NCBI GenBank assembly: GCA_002722615.1
Contig: PBMQ01000035.1
Coordinates: forward strand, 2,460-66,459
Reading direction: 5' to 3'
Length of the DNA: 64,000 nt
DNA from: Methanobacteriota archaeon
GTDB lineage: Archaea > Thermoplasmatota > Poseidoniia > Poseidoniales > Poseidoniaceae
Each line of letters opens with the position of its first letter. Positions within the stretch are counted from its first letter, which is position 1. A program made the translations under genes and the position numbers. Under the pieces are notes generated by a model that was not told the origin of the DNA, did not search any database, and worked only from the letters and a program-made list of their open reading frames with translations. This document shows, piece after piece, positions 1 through 10,013 of the stretch.

Positions 1-3
1 ACA

Positions 4-1857
4 TCAATTTTCACCTCCCTGCTCTTTTGCACGCTCAGCAATCATGGATTTGACTTCCTTGATTGCATCTTGAAGATCATCACGCATCTCTTCTACAGGT
101 TCTTGTCGAATTTTGATTTCCCCATCTTCCATCCAGATGATGTTCAGTGTCTTGCCCCAGTATTCGTCTTCTGGAGTCGGCATATCGTCTCGTGTGTGGC
201 CACCACGACTCTCTTCACGAGTCAATGCTGCCAGAGCACAAGCGTGAGAGACATCGGCCATGTTGATGAGATCGAGGGCTTGGTGCCATCCTGAATTGTA
301 TCGTCTGCTTACACCAGGGAACGAAGCCATTGCCCGTTCTTTGAATGTGGTCAAGTCGTCCAAAGCTTCCTCAAGTTCGTGTTTGGTTCGAATGATTCCA
401 ACTTTGTTTTGCATCATCTCTCGCATTTCATCGTAGATGAGTCCTGGATTTTCTCCACCTTCTCGTGATAGCGGAGCGACCATATCGTTGAGCGCCTTGT
501 GAACTTGAGCATCATCGATGCTTGGCTGAGCTAAATTGGTTGCACGTTTCGCAGCGAATTCTCCTGCACGCTTTCCAAAAGTGATGAGATCGGACAAGGA
601 GTTGCCTCCCAATCGGTTTGCCCCATGGAGGCCCGAAGCGGCTTCACCGCAAGCGAAGAGCCCAGGAACAGTTGTTTCTTGAGATTCAGCATTAACTCGA
701 ATCCCTCCCATGATGTAGTGAGCAGTCGGCCCAACTTCCATGGCGTCTTTTGTGATGTCAACGCCCGCCAATTCCATGAATTGGTGGTACATGGATGGGA
801 GTTTCTTCTTGATGGCCTCTTCGCCACGATGGGAAATATCGAGGAAAGCTCCCCCGTGAGGTGAACCACGTCCTGCTTCAACTTCAGCTTTAATCGCCTT
901 AGCGACAACGTCACGAGTCAACAATTCTGGCGGGCGTCGTACCGTTGCAAGTTTTCCACTTACAACCTCTTCAACCCATTGATCGGATTCTGCAATGGTT
1001 TCTGCATGGTCGCCTTTGAACATATCAGGGACATAGTTAAACATAAATCGCTCATTCTCACTGTTGGTCAATCGGCCACCTTCACCACGAACACCTTCTG
1101 TGACGAGAATACCTCGCACCGATGGTGGCCAAACCATTCCAGTTGGATGGAATTGAACAAATTCCATATCGCGAAGTTCTGCACCTGCCCACAGGGCTAG
1201 CGCATGACCGTCTCCAGTGTATTCCCATGATCCAGAACAAACACTCCAGCAACGAGTGCTTCCACCTGTTGCAAGAACTATCGACTTTGCAGAGAAGGCA
1301 TGGAAGTCACCATCAACACGCGTGTAAGCAACACATCCAGTGACTCGATCGCCTTCTTTCAAAAGATGGCGTACGGTGTATTCCATGAAGATGTCAATAC
1401 CTTCGTGGATACCTCTCTCCTGGAGTGTACGAATGATTTCGAGTCCAGTAGCGTCACCAACGTGCGCAAGTCGTGGGAAGGTGTGGCCTCCAAAGTTGCG
1501 CTGATTGATGAGATGTTTTTGTGTTCGGTCAAAGACAGCACCCCACTGTTCGAGTTCACGAACCCGGTCAGGGGCTTCTTTTGCATGGAATTCAGCCATG
1601 CGCCAATCTGCGAGCCATTTGCTTCCCTTCATGGTGTCGTGGAAGTGAACCTTCCAATCGTCACGGGGGTCAGCGTTTTGAAGAGCAGCGGCGCAACCGC
1701 CTTCAGCCATAACCGTGTGCGCCTTACCGAGCAACGACTTGGTAATGATAGCAGTCTTAGCACCACTTCGTGCTGCCTCGATTGCGGCTCGAAGACCAGC
1801 TCCGCCTGCACCGATGACAACAACATCGTATTCGTGTTTGGTGTATGTTTCAGTCAT
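4..1857 (-). CDS. sdhA: Succinate dehydrogenase/fumarate reductase flavoprotein subunit
   Basis: ORF 4..1896 trimmed to internal Met (MTETYTKHEYDVVVIGAGGAGLRAA, FAD GxGxxG fold). KAHTVMAEGG (FAD-linking His context), FHPTGM and ANRLGGNSL motifs of SdhA/FrdA. sdhB would lie beyond the left window edge. Confidence 0.95.
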   Translation of the reverse strand: MTETYTKHEYDVVVIGAGGAGLRAAIEAARSGAKTAIITKSLLGKAHTVMAEGGCAAALQNADPRDDWKVHFHDTMKGSKWLADWRMAEFHAKEAPDRVRELEQWGAVFDRTQKHLINQRNFGGHTFPRLAHVGDATGLEIIRTLQERGIHEGIDIFMEYTVRHLLKEGDRVTGCVAYTRVDGDFHAFSAKSIVLATGGSTRCWSVCSGSWEYTGDGHALALWAGAELRDMEFVQFHPTGMVWPPSVRGILVTEGVRGEGGRLTNSENERFMFNYVPDMFKGDHAETIAESDQWVEEVVSGKLATVRRPPELLTRDVVAKAIKAEVEAGRGSPHGGAFLDISHRGEEAIKKKLPSMYHQFMELAGVDITKDAMEVGPTAHYIMGGIRVNAESQETTVPGLFACGEAASGLHGANRLGGNSLSDLITFGKRAGEFAAKRATNLAQPSIDDAQVHKALNDMVAPLSREGGENPGLIYDEMREMMQNKVGIIRTKHELEEALDDLTTFKERAMASFPGVSRRYNSGWHQALDLINMADVSHACALAALTREESRGGHTRDDMPTPEDEYWGKTLNIIWMEDGEIKIRQEPVEEMRDDLQDAIKEVKSMIAERAKEQGGEN

Positions 1858-1870
1858 TTTTTCCACCCTA

Positions 1871-2677
1871 TTAAAACAAAACAAACGCCATATCACTGAT
1901 GTGCTCTTCAGCTACGGCGATGGTCCATAGATCGCCGATGAAAACAAAACCAAGGCTTGCCCAGAACCAAAACCCGTGCGAGCGATTGAAGATGCTGATT
2001 CGCTTGAAGATACGACCACGTAAAGCAGAGATTCCGTTTACCCATCGGTCGAGGCTACCGCCTGCAAGATGTCGCAGTGCATGACATGATGTGACGTACA
2101 TTGTCAGAAGGAAGGCTTCAGTAGCCATGATGAATGTTCCAAAGGAAAAGCCCCACCCAGCATCGAAATGCAACGTGTGGGTAACATCCCACCACTTGAT
2201 GGCGATGATGATGATTGCAGCATAGAGGAAATAGCGGTGAAGGTTGTTGAAGATGAACAATCGCTTCTCTCCACCGTATCCAATCCTCTTGTTGATCTCA
2301 GGTTCATCTACCCAGCAACCTGTTGGAGACTGGAAGAAGGTTCGGTAGTACACTCGGCGCATGTAATAGCATGTGCCGCGGAATCCGAATGGAATCCATA
2401 GGACAAGGATAGCCGCGTTAACCCACCCAGGGTGATCCCATTCATTGAGCCCAAAGAGACTCCACTCGAGGATGTTTGGTGAGAAAATGGGTGAGACGAC
2501 GGTCGACCCTTCAAGTTTGTATGCAATACTTTCTGGGAAGATGATAAGTCGCCACGCAGTGTAGAACAGTGCAGCGGTAAGAGCAAGCCCCATCCAAAAT
2601 GGCTGAGCCCACCAATTATCGATACGGTCCGTACGTCCGAGCCCGTTTATCACGGGAAGTTTGATGCCTTCACCCAT
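1871..2677 (-). CDS. Polytopic His-rich membrane protein, putative SDH/FRD membrane anchor (cytochrome b-like)
   Basis: 268-aa ORF ending 13 nt upstream of the sdhA start, same strand. About five hydrophobic helices (PFWMGLALTAALFYTAWRLIIF, VNAAILVLWIPFGF, FLYAAIIIIAIKWW, FSFGTFIMATEAFLLTMYV, FWFWASLGFVFIGDLW) with His residues in or next to them (LHRYF, CHALRH, NRSHGF). GGAGGGTGA Shine-Dalgarno-like element upstream. Function assigned by position only. Confidence 0.45.
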   Translation of the reverse strand: MGEGIKLPVINGLGRTDRIDNWWAQPFWMGLALTAALFYTAWRLIIFPESIAYKLEGSTVVSPIFSPNILEWSLFGLNEWDHPGWVNAAILVLWIPFGFRGTCYYMRRVYYRTFFQSPTGCWVDEPEINKRIGYGGEKRLFIFNNLHRYFLYAAIIIIAIKWWDVTHTLHFDAGWGFSFGTFIMATEAFLLTMYVTSCHALRHLAGGSLDRWVNGISALRGRIFKRISIFNRSHGFWFWASLGFVFIGDLWTIAVAEEHISDMAFVLF

Positions 2678-2764
2678 AGCTTCTCACCCTCCCCAGAGAG
2701 GGGGTATACTTCAGCCAACAACTTGGGGTCTTTGAGGTTGGCCCTTGCGTCGTGTGCGACTTTT

Positions 2765-2778
2765 GAAAGAAAAAGAAA
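2765..2778 (-). terminator. Oligo-T tract (TTTCTTTTTCTTTC on minus strand), candidate archaeal terminator after the aldehyde dehydrogenase gene
   Basis: Lies 15-30 nt downstream of the TAA stop at 2793-2795. Archaeal termination commonly uses T-runs. No experimental support. Confidence 0.35.
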
Positions 2779-2792
2779 CACAATTTGAACGA

Positions 2793-4421
2793 TTAGACCA
2801 ATTCGTCCCATCGAACTTCAGCTTCAACCATCTCAATTTCTTCGACATCCATTTGAGCGAGTTGTAACTTTCCAGAGAGTTCATCGTTGACAGCGTGCCA
2901 GTACGAATATGCTTCAATAACCCAGATACCAGACTCTCGAGTTCCGTTACCGCTACCCTTGACTCCACCGAATGGCAAATGTGCTTCTGCACCGGTTGTT
3001 GAGTTGTTGATTCCAGTCATACCAGCCTTAATTCCAGTCTTGAAACGATAGGCTTCAAGACGGTCGTTGGTGTAAATTGCGGACGACAATCCATACGGAC
3101 TTGCATTGGCGAGGTGAAGGGCGTGATCAAAATCATCTGCCTTGACAAGCGTAATTGCAGGTCCAAACAACTCCTCGTGGAAACACTTCATGTCTTCAGT
3201 AACGCCATCATAGACATGCGGCCACATGAAAACGCCATCTTCTGGAATGCCTTTGAATCCCGACGGTTTGTTTTCAGAGGTAATACGTCCTTCTCCGTAG
3301 AGTTTGGTCGCACCGTCTTGTTCGCAGATTTGAATGACTTGAAGGAAGTCGTCAGCATACTTTTGTGACAGCATTGATCCGTAGAGGACATCGTCATATT
3401 CAAGCGAATCTCCGATTTGTGTTGAGTGCACCTTGTCCATCAGTCGAGCAACGAACTCGTCGTAAATGTCCTTGTGAATGATAAGGTTGCCTAGAGAAGT
3501 ACAACGTTGTCCAGCAGTACCGAATCCTGCCCAGTAAGCACCTTCAACTGCATTTTCGAGATTTGCAGAGGGCATGATGACCAATGGATTCTTTCCACCA
3601 AGTTCAAGCGAACACGAAACAAGATTGCGCCCACATACCTCTCCGATCATCTTTCCGACTGCGGTTGAACCGGTGAAGGAAATCTTGTTGACACGTCCTT
3701 CATCGACTGCATTGATCAGATGCTGACCAGCTCCGCTTCCTTTGCCGTGTACAAGGTTGATGACACCATCAGGTAAGCCAGCCTGGTGCATGATTCGAGC
3801 AAGAGCGAATGAGAGCAATGGTGAATCCTGAGGTGACTTCCAAACACAGGTGTTCCCGCACATGATGGCAGGAATCATCTTCCAGAATGGGACTGCGGAA
3901 GGGAAGTTGCATGCGTTAATGATTCCACAAACACCCAGTGCTCTTCGGTAAGTGAACAACTCTTTGTCAGGAAGTTCAGAGTTGACGGTTTGCCCATACA
4001 ATCGTCGTCCTTCGGATTGGAAAAACAAGCACGTGTCGATTGCTTCTTGAATTTCTCCGCCACATTCTTTCAGTGTTTTTCCAATTTCACGGGCTTGAAG
4101 TCGGACCAGATCATCTTTGTGTTCCATCAACAATCTGCCCATGTTTCCGATGATTTGACCACGAGTCGGAGCAGGCGTTGCCGACCATGCAGGGAATGCT
4201 GCATGAGCTGCGTCAAGTGCTGCATCGACATCGGTCTTAGTTGAGAGGGGAAATGATCCAAGAACGTCACTCAACAAGGCTGGGTTTTTGGATTCAAATG
4301 TGGTTCCATCACTCGATTCTGTGAGTTGTCCGTTGATGATGTTAAATCCCTTTACACTAGGACGATTCTTTGGATTGTTGGCTTCGATGAACGTTAGACC
4401 TGCTTCGAGTACGTGGACCAT
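2793..4421 (-). CDS. NAD(P)-dependent aldehyde dehydrogenase family protein
   Basis: ELGGKNP, catalytic-Cys motif GQRCTS and EELFGP motifs. The ORF opens at a TTG (4469); the first ATG at 4421 (MVHVLEAG...) is used here. Substrate not assignable from sequence alone. Confidence 0.85.
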   Translation of the reverse strand: MVHVLEAGLTFIEANNPKNRPSVKGFNIINGQLTESSDGTTFESKNPALLSDVLGSFPLSTKTDVDAALDAAHAAFPAWSATPAPTRGQIIGNMGRLLMEHKDDLVRLQAREIGKTLKECGGEIQEAIDTCLFFQSEGRRLYGQTVNSELPDKELFTYRRALGVCGIINACNFPSAVPFWKMIPAIMCGNTCVWKSPQDSPLLSFALARIMHQAGLPDGVINLVHGKGSGAGQHLINAVDEGRVNKISFTGSTAVGKMIGEVCGRNLVSCSLELGGKNPLVIMPSANLENAVEGAYWAGFGTAGQRCTSLGNLIIHKDIYDEFVARLMDKVHSTQIGDSLEYDDVLYGSMLSQKYADDFLQVIQICEQDGATKLYGEGRITSENKPSGFKGIPEDGVFMWPHVYDGVTEDMKCFHEELFGPAITLVKADDFDHALHLANASPYGLSSAIYTNDRLEAYRFKTGIKAGMTGINNSTTGAEAHLPFGGVKGSGNGTRESGIWVIEAYSYWHAVNDELSGKLQLAQMDVEEIEMVEAEVRWDELV

Positions 4422-4500
4422 GTGCCGTCGAGTTCGATACCCTCCATGAAGGCTGCGATTGAATCGCAAGGAAATTACAAGGGATTTTCGTAACTCATGG

Positions 4501-4508
4501 TTTTAGTA
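4501..4508 (+). promoter_or_regulatory. TATA-like box (TTTTAGTA) for cdc48, implying a leaderless mRNA
   Basis: Sits 22-29 nt upstream of the ATG at 4530. No SD between box and ATG. Lies in the divergent intergenic region. Confidence 0.45.
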
Positions 4509-4529
4509 CTCTCGGTACTTGCATAAGTT

Positions 4530-6755
4530 ATGTCCGGCGAAGATAACGAAGTTTCACTGCGTGTAGCAAAAGCAATACCTTCAGATGTAGGTCATGGCCG
4601 AGCCAGAATCTCTGGCGATCACGGTCTCGACCTCAAACCAGGGGACATTGTCGAAATCAAAGGCGAAAAACGCTCTACAGCAGCAATCTACTGGCGTAGC
4701 CGCCCAGAGGATGCAAAGATGGACATCATTCGAATTGACGGAATCATCCGAAAGAATGCTGGTGTCAGCCTTGGAGACCGTGTTACAATTTCCAAAGCAG
4801 AAGTGAAGGAATGCACAAAGCTCACCCTATCTCCTGTCATGGCCAACAAGCAGAAGGTCAAGTTTGGTCCGGGAATTGAAGGCTTTGCTCGCCGAGGTCT
4901 TTCCAAGCGACCGGTAATGGCCGGCGATCGTATCTTTATTCCAGGTATGACTCTGTTTGCAGAAGCATTGCCTTTCGCTGTTGTTCAAACAACACCAAAG
5001 GGTATCGTCAAGGTGACCAGCGACACGGACATTATCATCAAGGATGAGGCCATTGACGACGAAGACGTTGGTCAGTCTGAAGGCATCACTTACGAAGACG
5101 TTGGCGGTATAGGTCAACAACTCCAGAAGGTTCGTGAGATGATTGAGCTGCCACTTAAGCACCCCGAATTGTTTCGTCGTTTGGGCATCGACCCACCAAA
5201 AGGGGTTCTTCTCCATGGACCGCCCGGTACGGGAAAGACCATGATTGCGAAGGCAGTAGCAACAGAAGTGAACGCACACTTCAAGGCAATCAATGGCCCT
5301 GAAATCATTTCAAAGTACTACGGAGAATCTGAGAAACAACTCCGTGAGATTTTTGATGAAGCCAGTGAAAAGGCTCCTGCGATAATTTTCATCGATGAAA
5401 TCGATTCAATTTGTCCCAAGCGTGAAGATGTAAGCGGAGAGGTTGAACGACGTGTAGTTGCGCAAATGCTCACTCTCTTGGATGGAATGCAAGGAAGGGA
5501 CAATGTTGTCGTTATTGGTGCAACCAACCGACGTGATGCGCTCGACCCTGCACTTCGTCGTGGTGGACGTTTTGATCGAGAGATTGAGATTGGCGTTCCC
5601 GACCGAGAAGGTCGAAAGGAAATCATGGAAGTTCATACTCGTCAAATGCCAATCGCCGATGATTTTGAAGTGAACTGGGTTCTTGACAACACCTACGGAT
5701 TTGTTGGTGCTGATCTAGCCGCTCTCGTCCGAGAGGCAGCCATGAAGGCACTTCGAAGATACCTCCCAGAAATTGACCTCGAAGAGGAAACGATTCCTCC
5801 AGAAGTCCTCGAGAAAATGGAAGTTCGAATGGAAGATTTCCGAGACGCAATCAAGGACATTGAACCCTCTGCCTTGCGAGAAATTTACGTCGAAGTGCCA
5901 GAGATTGCATGGGACGAGGTCGGTGGACTTGATGAGGTCAAGGATCGCCTAAAAGAATCCGTTGAGTGGCCATTGACCAAGCCCGAAATTTTCGAGCACT
6001 TCAACATTAAGCCACCCCGAGGCATCGTTCTATTCGGCGCACCAGGTACCGGTAAAACGCTCCTTGCGAAAGCAATTGCAAACGAAGCTCAGGCGAATTT
6101 CATCTCCATCAAAGGTCCTGAAATGATTTCAAAATGGGTGGGTGAATCCGAACGTGGTATCCGAGAGATATTCAAGAAGGCGAAGCAATCCTCTCCATCA
6201 ATCATCTTCCTTGATGAGTTTGAATCCATTGCCAGCATGCGAAACGCTTCAAATGGCGAAGGCAGCGATGTAGGTAACCGCGTCGTTAACCAACTGCTTG
6301 CCAGCATGGACGGTGTTGAGTCCTTAGACGGAGTCATCGTTGTTGCAGCAACCAACCGTCCCGAGATGATTGACCCTGCTCTCTTGCGAAGCGGACGTTT
6401 TGAGCGTGTCTTGCACGTTCCACCTCCAGATGCACCAGCACGTGAAGCCATTTTCGAAATCCATTCAGAAGGAATGCCTCTTTCGAAATTCTCCATTAAA
6501 GATCTCCTTACACAAATGGAAGGATTTACTGGTGCAGATATCGAAGCTGTCTGCCGTGAAGCAGCCCTTATCGCAATGCGAGAAGACAAGAAGAAGGTCG
6601 CAAAGAAACACTTTGACGAGGCTGTCACACGTGTTCGTCCAACGGTGACTCCTGAGATGCTTGAATACTATCAGAAGATGGAAACACGGCTGACCTCAGG
6701 TTTGTCGAACATCAAGCGAACACGAGACTACGGTTTCGGTATGGAAACAATGTGA
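4530..6755 (+). CDS. cdc48: Cdc48/VCP/VAT-type double-ring AAA+ ATPase
   Basis: N-terminal double-psi barrel-like region ([16 protein letters not shown]...). Two AAA modules with Walker A GPPGTGKT and GAPGTGKT, and Walker [10 protein letters not shown] and IIFLDEFES. Confidence 0.95.
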   Translation: MSGEDNEVSLRVAKAIPSDVGHGRARISGDHGLDLKPGDIVEIKGEKRSTAAIYWRSRPEDAKMDIIRIDGIIRKNAGVSLGDRVTISKAEVKECTKLTLSPVMANKQKVKFGPGIEGFARRGLSKRPVMAGDRIFIPGMTLFAEALPFAVVQTTPKGIVKVTSDTDIIIKDEAIDDEDVGQSEGITYEDVGGIGQQLQKVREMIELPLKHPELFRRLGIDPPKGVLLHGPPGTGKTMIAKAVATEVNAHFKAINGPEIISKYYGESEKQLREIFDEASEKAPAIIFIDEIDSICPKREDVSGEVERRVVAQMLTLLDGMQGRDNVVVIGATNRRDALDPALRRGGRFDREIEIGVPDREGRKEIMEVHTRQMPIADDFEVNWVLDNTYGFVGADLAALVREAAMKALRRYLPEIDLEEETIPPEVLEKMEVRMEDFRDAIKDIEPSALREIYVEVPEIAWDEVGGLDEVKDRLKESVEWPLTKPEIFEHFNIKPPRGIVLFGAPGTGKTLLAKAIANEAQANFISIKGPEMISKWVGESERGIREIFKKAKQSSPSIIFLDEFESIASMRNASNGEGSDVGNRVVNQLLASMDGVESLDGVIVVAATNRPEMIDPALLRSGRFERVLHVPPPDAPAREAIFEIHSEGMPLSKFSIKDLLTQMEGFTGADIEAVCREAALIAMREDKKKVAKKHFDEAVTRVRPTVTPEMLEYYQKMETRLTSGLSNIKRTRDYGFGMETM

Positions 6756-6808
6756 GCACGGAAACGGTCAAGTCCTGCCGATGTCGACCACAATGTAAGG
6801 CGAATCGC

Positions 6809-7051
6809 ATGGCATCGAGTTTCGGACAGGAAATGCTTGGGCGAACTGTTCAAGATAAGAAAGGGAAGGAACTCGGCAAACTTGTCGACCTTGTTGTTGA
6901 TGTCTCCAACGGAGAAATCTCTGAACTTCTCGTAAAGTGCTCCGATAATATCGATACAACACGTCTACCCTTTCCTGTTAAAGAAGGAGCAGTAGCCATC
7001 CCTTCAACCGAAGTTTCCACATTCAGCCATGTGATTATGCTCAAAATTTGA
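6809..7051 (+). CDS. PRC-barrel domain protein (stand-alone, ~80 aa)
   Basis: MLGRTVQDKKGKELGKLVDLVVDVSNGEISELLV fits the PRC-barrel pattern (G..V.d..G..lG.v.d...d...g.i..l.v). The ORF is open from a GTG at 6752 that overlaps the cdc48 stop (GTGA). The ATG at 6809 is chosen. Confidence 0.7.
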   Translation: MASSFGQEMLGRTVQDKKGKELGKLVDLVVDVSNGEISELLVKCSDNIDTTRLPFPVKEGAVAIPSTEVSTFSHVIMLKI

Positions 7052-7137
7052 TGAGCATTATCGCAACAGGGCTGGACAACCTTCTAAACCGATGTGAAAC
7101 CGTGTATGTATGAACGGTGTACTAGGGAGGTGTTGAA

Positions 7138-8754
7138 ATGGCGGCCGAGCGAAGCAGAAATTTTAGGCGAATTGGTCTCCAATTGGCATTCTGGGCAGTT
7201 CTCGGAATTCTCCTTCTTACCATTCTTCAGAACTTTATCAACATCAGCCAGTCAACACAATTGTCGGCATATGATGATGACTGGGACGACATGTCAGCAT
7301 TCCGTGAAGACATTAATGACATGGGTGTCGAAACAAAATCATTGGTAAGTAGCCCACTTCTTTTGGCTGATATTGAAGATCCTCGCAACACGACATATAT
7401 TATCGCCGGCGTTGAACGAGATACACTCTCATTCCCTCAATTCGATGAAGATGGATTCATTACGATCGCTACAGAAGACGGTTATTCCCCATCAGAAGTT
7501 GATGCAATTGTAGAGTTTGTCGATAACGGTGGAACCGTCATCGTACTGGAAGACTTTGGCTATGCAGGAAGTATCGGCGAAGCCTACGGTGTTCGATATT
7601 CTGGTTACCAACTGTACGATACGAATTACGTTTCTGAACTTGATTACAACTACATTTGGATGTGTGTTCAAGCAAGTCCCTGTGGTATGAATGGTACCGT
7701 GCTTGACCCTTCAACAATTGAAGAACACGAGCGATGGTCCTCCGAAGTAGGTGCACACCCTTGTTCACAACTCGATGGACAATCAATGACAAAGAAAGAA
7801 GCAGGTGTTTGCTCGCATCACTGGGTCAAGAGCGCTGGTGACCTAGGAAGAATTGAATACAATGCGACCTACACAATGTTGCTTAACAATGTGACAGGCC
7901 TCGAAATCGTACCGGGGGTGCGTGGTGCTCTCAAAGATGTCAGCGTTCGAGCAGTGACCAGCAACCAAGCTACAGTTGACGTTAATGGTGATGGAAAGTT
8001 GTGGATTGGTAACGAACAAAATAGTGAAACTCCCGATCTGTGGGGTCAATTCAATCTCTCCATTGAAGCATGCGCCTCAACAAACTGTGACCCAGATGAA
8101 GGAGGGCGCGTTTTCTTCATTGCAGACGGTAGTTCTCTCATAAACGCGATTTACGACTATGAAGGATTCAACAATGGAGAATATGGTGCAACTGAGAAGT
8201 TGATTCCAGCAAACGACAACCGAAAGTGGGCGCTTGACGTCATTGCAGAAGCGTTGATGAGCACGATTGAAGGCGAGGATGGACAGCCTGCAGAGAATGC
8301 CTTGGTCATCTTTGACGAAAGTAGGCACCCACAGAATGCTCTCCTTGCAGATTCCTACAACACAGTTTACTTCCTTTTGGTTTATTTCACCGGAGAGGGC
8401 TTGGCAATGCTTGCTCTCTTTGTTGTCCTCTTCATTACCTTCGAAGCAGTTCTTCTCAAGAAGCGTGATCCAGAACCTTGGCGTCACGTTTTCAGCATCA
8501 TCTACTACGGATTTGGCGATGCAAATCGATACACGTACTATGCCAAAACGGAGAAAATACGGCAGGTGTTCCTTTCGAAAGTCCGCAACCAGAACGGTTT
8601 GACAGTCGAAGAATTCCACGCAATGTCTGCGAAAGAACTTGTAGGATTAATTCAAGATCCAGTGTTGGCAAAATTTGCGATTGAACCAGGAAAATACTCC
8701 TTGGAACAATCCGTGGCTTTAGTTAAACGAATCAAAGCATGGGGGCGTAGGTGA
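7138..8754 (+). CDS. DUF4350-like membrane-anchored protein
   Basis: GGAGGTG SD 5 nt before the ATG. N-terminal TM (LQLAFWAVLGILLLTILQNF). TYIIAGVERDTLSFPQF...VEFVDNGGTVIVLEDFGYAG resembles DUF4350/GldG-like domains. C-terminal TM (LAMLALFVVLFITF). Confidence 0.55.
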   Translation: MAAERSRNFRRIGLQLAFWAVLGILLLTILQNFINISQSTQLSAYDDDWDDMSAFREDINDMGVETKSLVSSPLLLADIEDPRNTTYIIAGVERDTLSFPQFDEDGFITIATEDGYSPSEVDAIVEFVDNGGTVIVLEDFGYAGSIGEAYGVRYSGYQLYDTNYVSELDYNYIWMCVQASPCGMNGTVLDPSTIEEHERWSSEVGAHPCSQLDGQSMTKKEAGVCSHHWVKSAGDLGRIEYNATYTMLLNNVTGLEIVPGVRGALKDVSVRAVTSNQATVDVNGDGKLWIGNEQNSETPDLWGQFNLSIEACASTNCDPDEGGRVFFIADGSSLINAIYDYEGFNNGEYGATEKLIPANDNRKWALDVIAEALMSTIEGEDGQPAENALVIFDESRHPQNALLADSYNTVYFLLVYFTGEGLAMLALFVVLFITFEAVLLKKRDPEPWRHVFSIIYYGFGDANRYTYYAKTEKIRQVFLSKVRNQNGLTVEEFHAMSAKELVGLIQDPVLAKFAIEPGKYSLEQSVALVKRIKAWGRR

Positions 8755-10013
8755 GTATCATGTGGACACGTAAGGCAGCCTTTACCTTCACAGGAGGTAT
8801 TGCACTCATTCTCATTGGGATGATGATTACCAACAACCAGATGATGATTCTAGGTTTGGCTCTCATTACGTTCATCGTGGTGAACTCATGGGTGTCGGGT
8901 CATGGTGATATTGAGGTCCAGCGAACCTTATCCGCAGACAATTTGTACAAAGGAGACGATCTTTACGTTGAGTTATTGGTGACCAACCGATCAAACCGTC
9001 GAACACAATTGTTGGATGTTTATGATAACATTCCTCACGAAATGAAACTCCGAAGTGGATTGAATCAAATGCGACTTAATCTCCGTCCAGGAGAAAGTGC
9101 ACGAATTCGATACGTCCTTCGATGTCCGCTCCGAGGGCACTATTCCATTGGACCTGTATCCTTGCGTGTTCGTAACACCTTCAACCTAGGAGTTGAGGAT
9201 ATGTACGTTGACCATCATTCCGACATTGTCATCTTCCCTCAAATCAAGGAAGTCGAGGAAGCATTTCTGCGCTCACGTACTCCAAAGATGTATACTGGTG
9301 CAACAACATTGCGAACTCCAGGACAAGGCTCAGAGTTTTACTCTTTGAGAGAATACGTGCCTGGGGATCCGTTCAAGAACATCAACTGGAAGGCATTTGC
9401 GCGAACAGGTGACCTCATGGTCAATGAAAAGTGTCGTGATGCAGTTACTGATTTGTACATTCTTCTCGATTCACGCGACGTATCTCGAATAGGCACGGTT
9501 CTGAAGAATCCACTTGAGATGGGAACCGTGAGTGCAGCAAGCCTTGCAGCGTTTTTCTTGAAGCGAAGAGACAGTGTTGCACTTGGAATATACGGTGACG
9601 GTCTGGCCTATTTACCTCCTGACACAGGAGACAAGCAGTATTTCAAAATCCTCAGTTCACTTGCTGGAGTGAAGCCTGAGGGTGCCATGCCATTGCAAGC
9701 TGTTACGAATTCTCTAAGTGGACGTTTCAGTCGCGGCAGCCCAGTTTTCGTCATTTCCTCTTGTGAAGGTGATGGAACCGTTCCTGCTGCAGTCCGAGAC
9801 CTAGTTGGTCGTGGTCACGAAGTAACCGTCCTATCTCCGTCAAGCATCGATTTCGAGCGCCTCGTTTCTCGTATACCACGTATGTCGTATGAAGTTCTCA
9901 AATTGGAGCGCCAGAACAGGCTGACGACTCTCGCAGGCTCAGGAGCACAAGTTATCGATTGGATGCCTGACATGGACCTATCGCAAGCAATCATGCAGGT
10001 AAGGGGGTATTAG
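8751..10013 (+). CDS. DUF58 domain protein (vWA-like, MoxR-associated family)
   Basis: Two N-terminal TM helices. Diagnostic DUF58 core GQGSEFYSLREYVPGDPFKNINWKAFARTGDLMVNEK. The GTG start overlaps the upstream stop (GTGA); alternative ATG at 8760. Confidence 0.85.
   Translation: MSIMWTRKAAFTFTGGIALILIGMMITNNQMMILGLALITFIVVNSWVSGHGDIEVQRTLSADNLYKGDDLYVELLVTNRSNRRTQLLDVYDNIPHEMKLRSGLNQMRLNLRPGESARIRYVLRCPLRGHYSIGPVSLRVRNTFNLGVEDMYVDHHSDIVIFPQIKEVEEAFLRSRTPKMYTGATTLRTPGQGSEFYSLREYVPGDPFKNINWKAFARTGDLMVNEKCRDAVTDLYILLDSRDVSRIGTVLKNPLEMGTVSAASLAAFFLKRRDSVALGIYGDGLAYLPPDTGDKQYFKILSSLAGVKPEGAMPLQAVTNSLSGRFSRGSPVFVISSCEGDGTVPAAVRDLVGRGHEVTVLSPSSIDFERLVSRIPRMSYEVLKLERQNRLTTLAGSGAQVIDWMPDMDLSQAIMQVRGY

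Noticed and set aside
4530-6755. Cdc48 as the missing MoxR of the DUF58 operon
   Set aside because: It is a canonical two-ring Cdc48/VAT with an N-domain, not a single-ring MoxR. Any functional link is speculation, and it is reported only as context.
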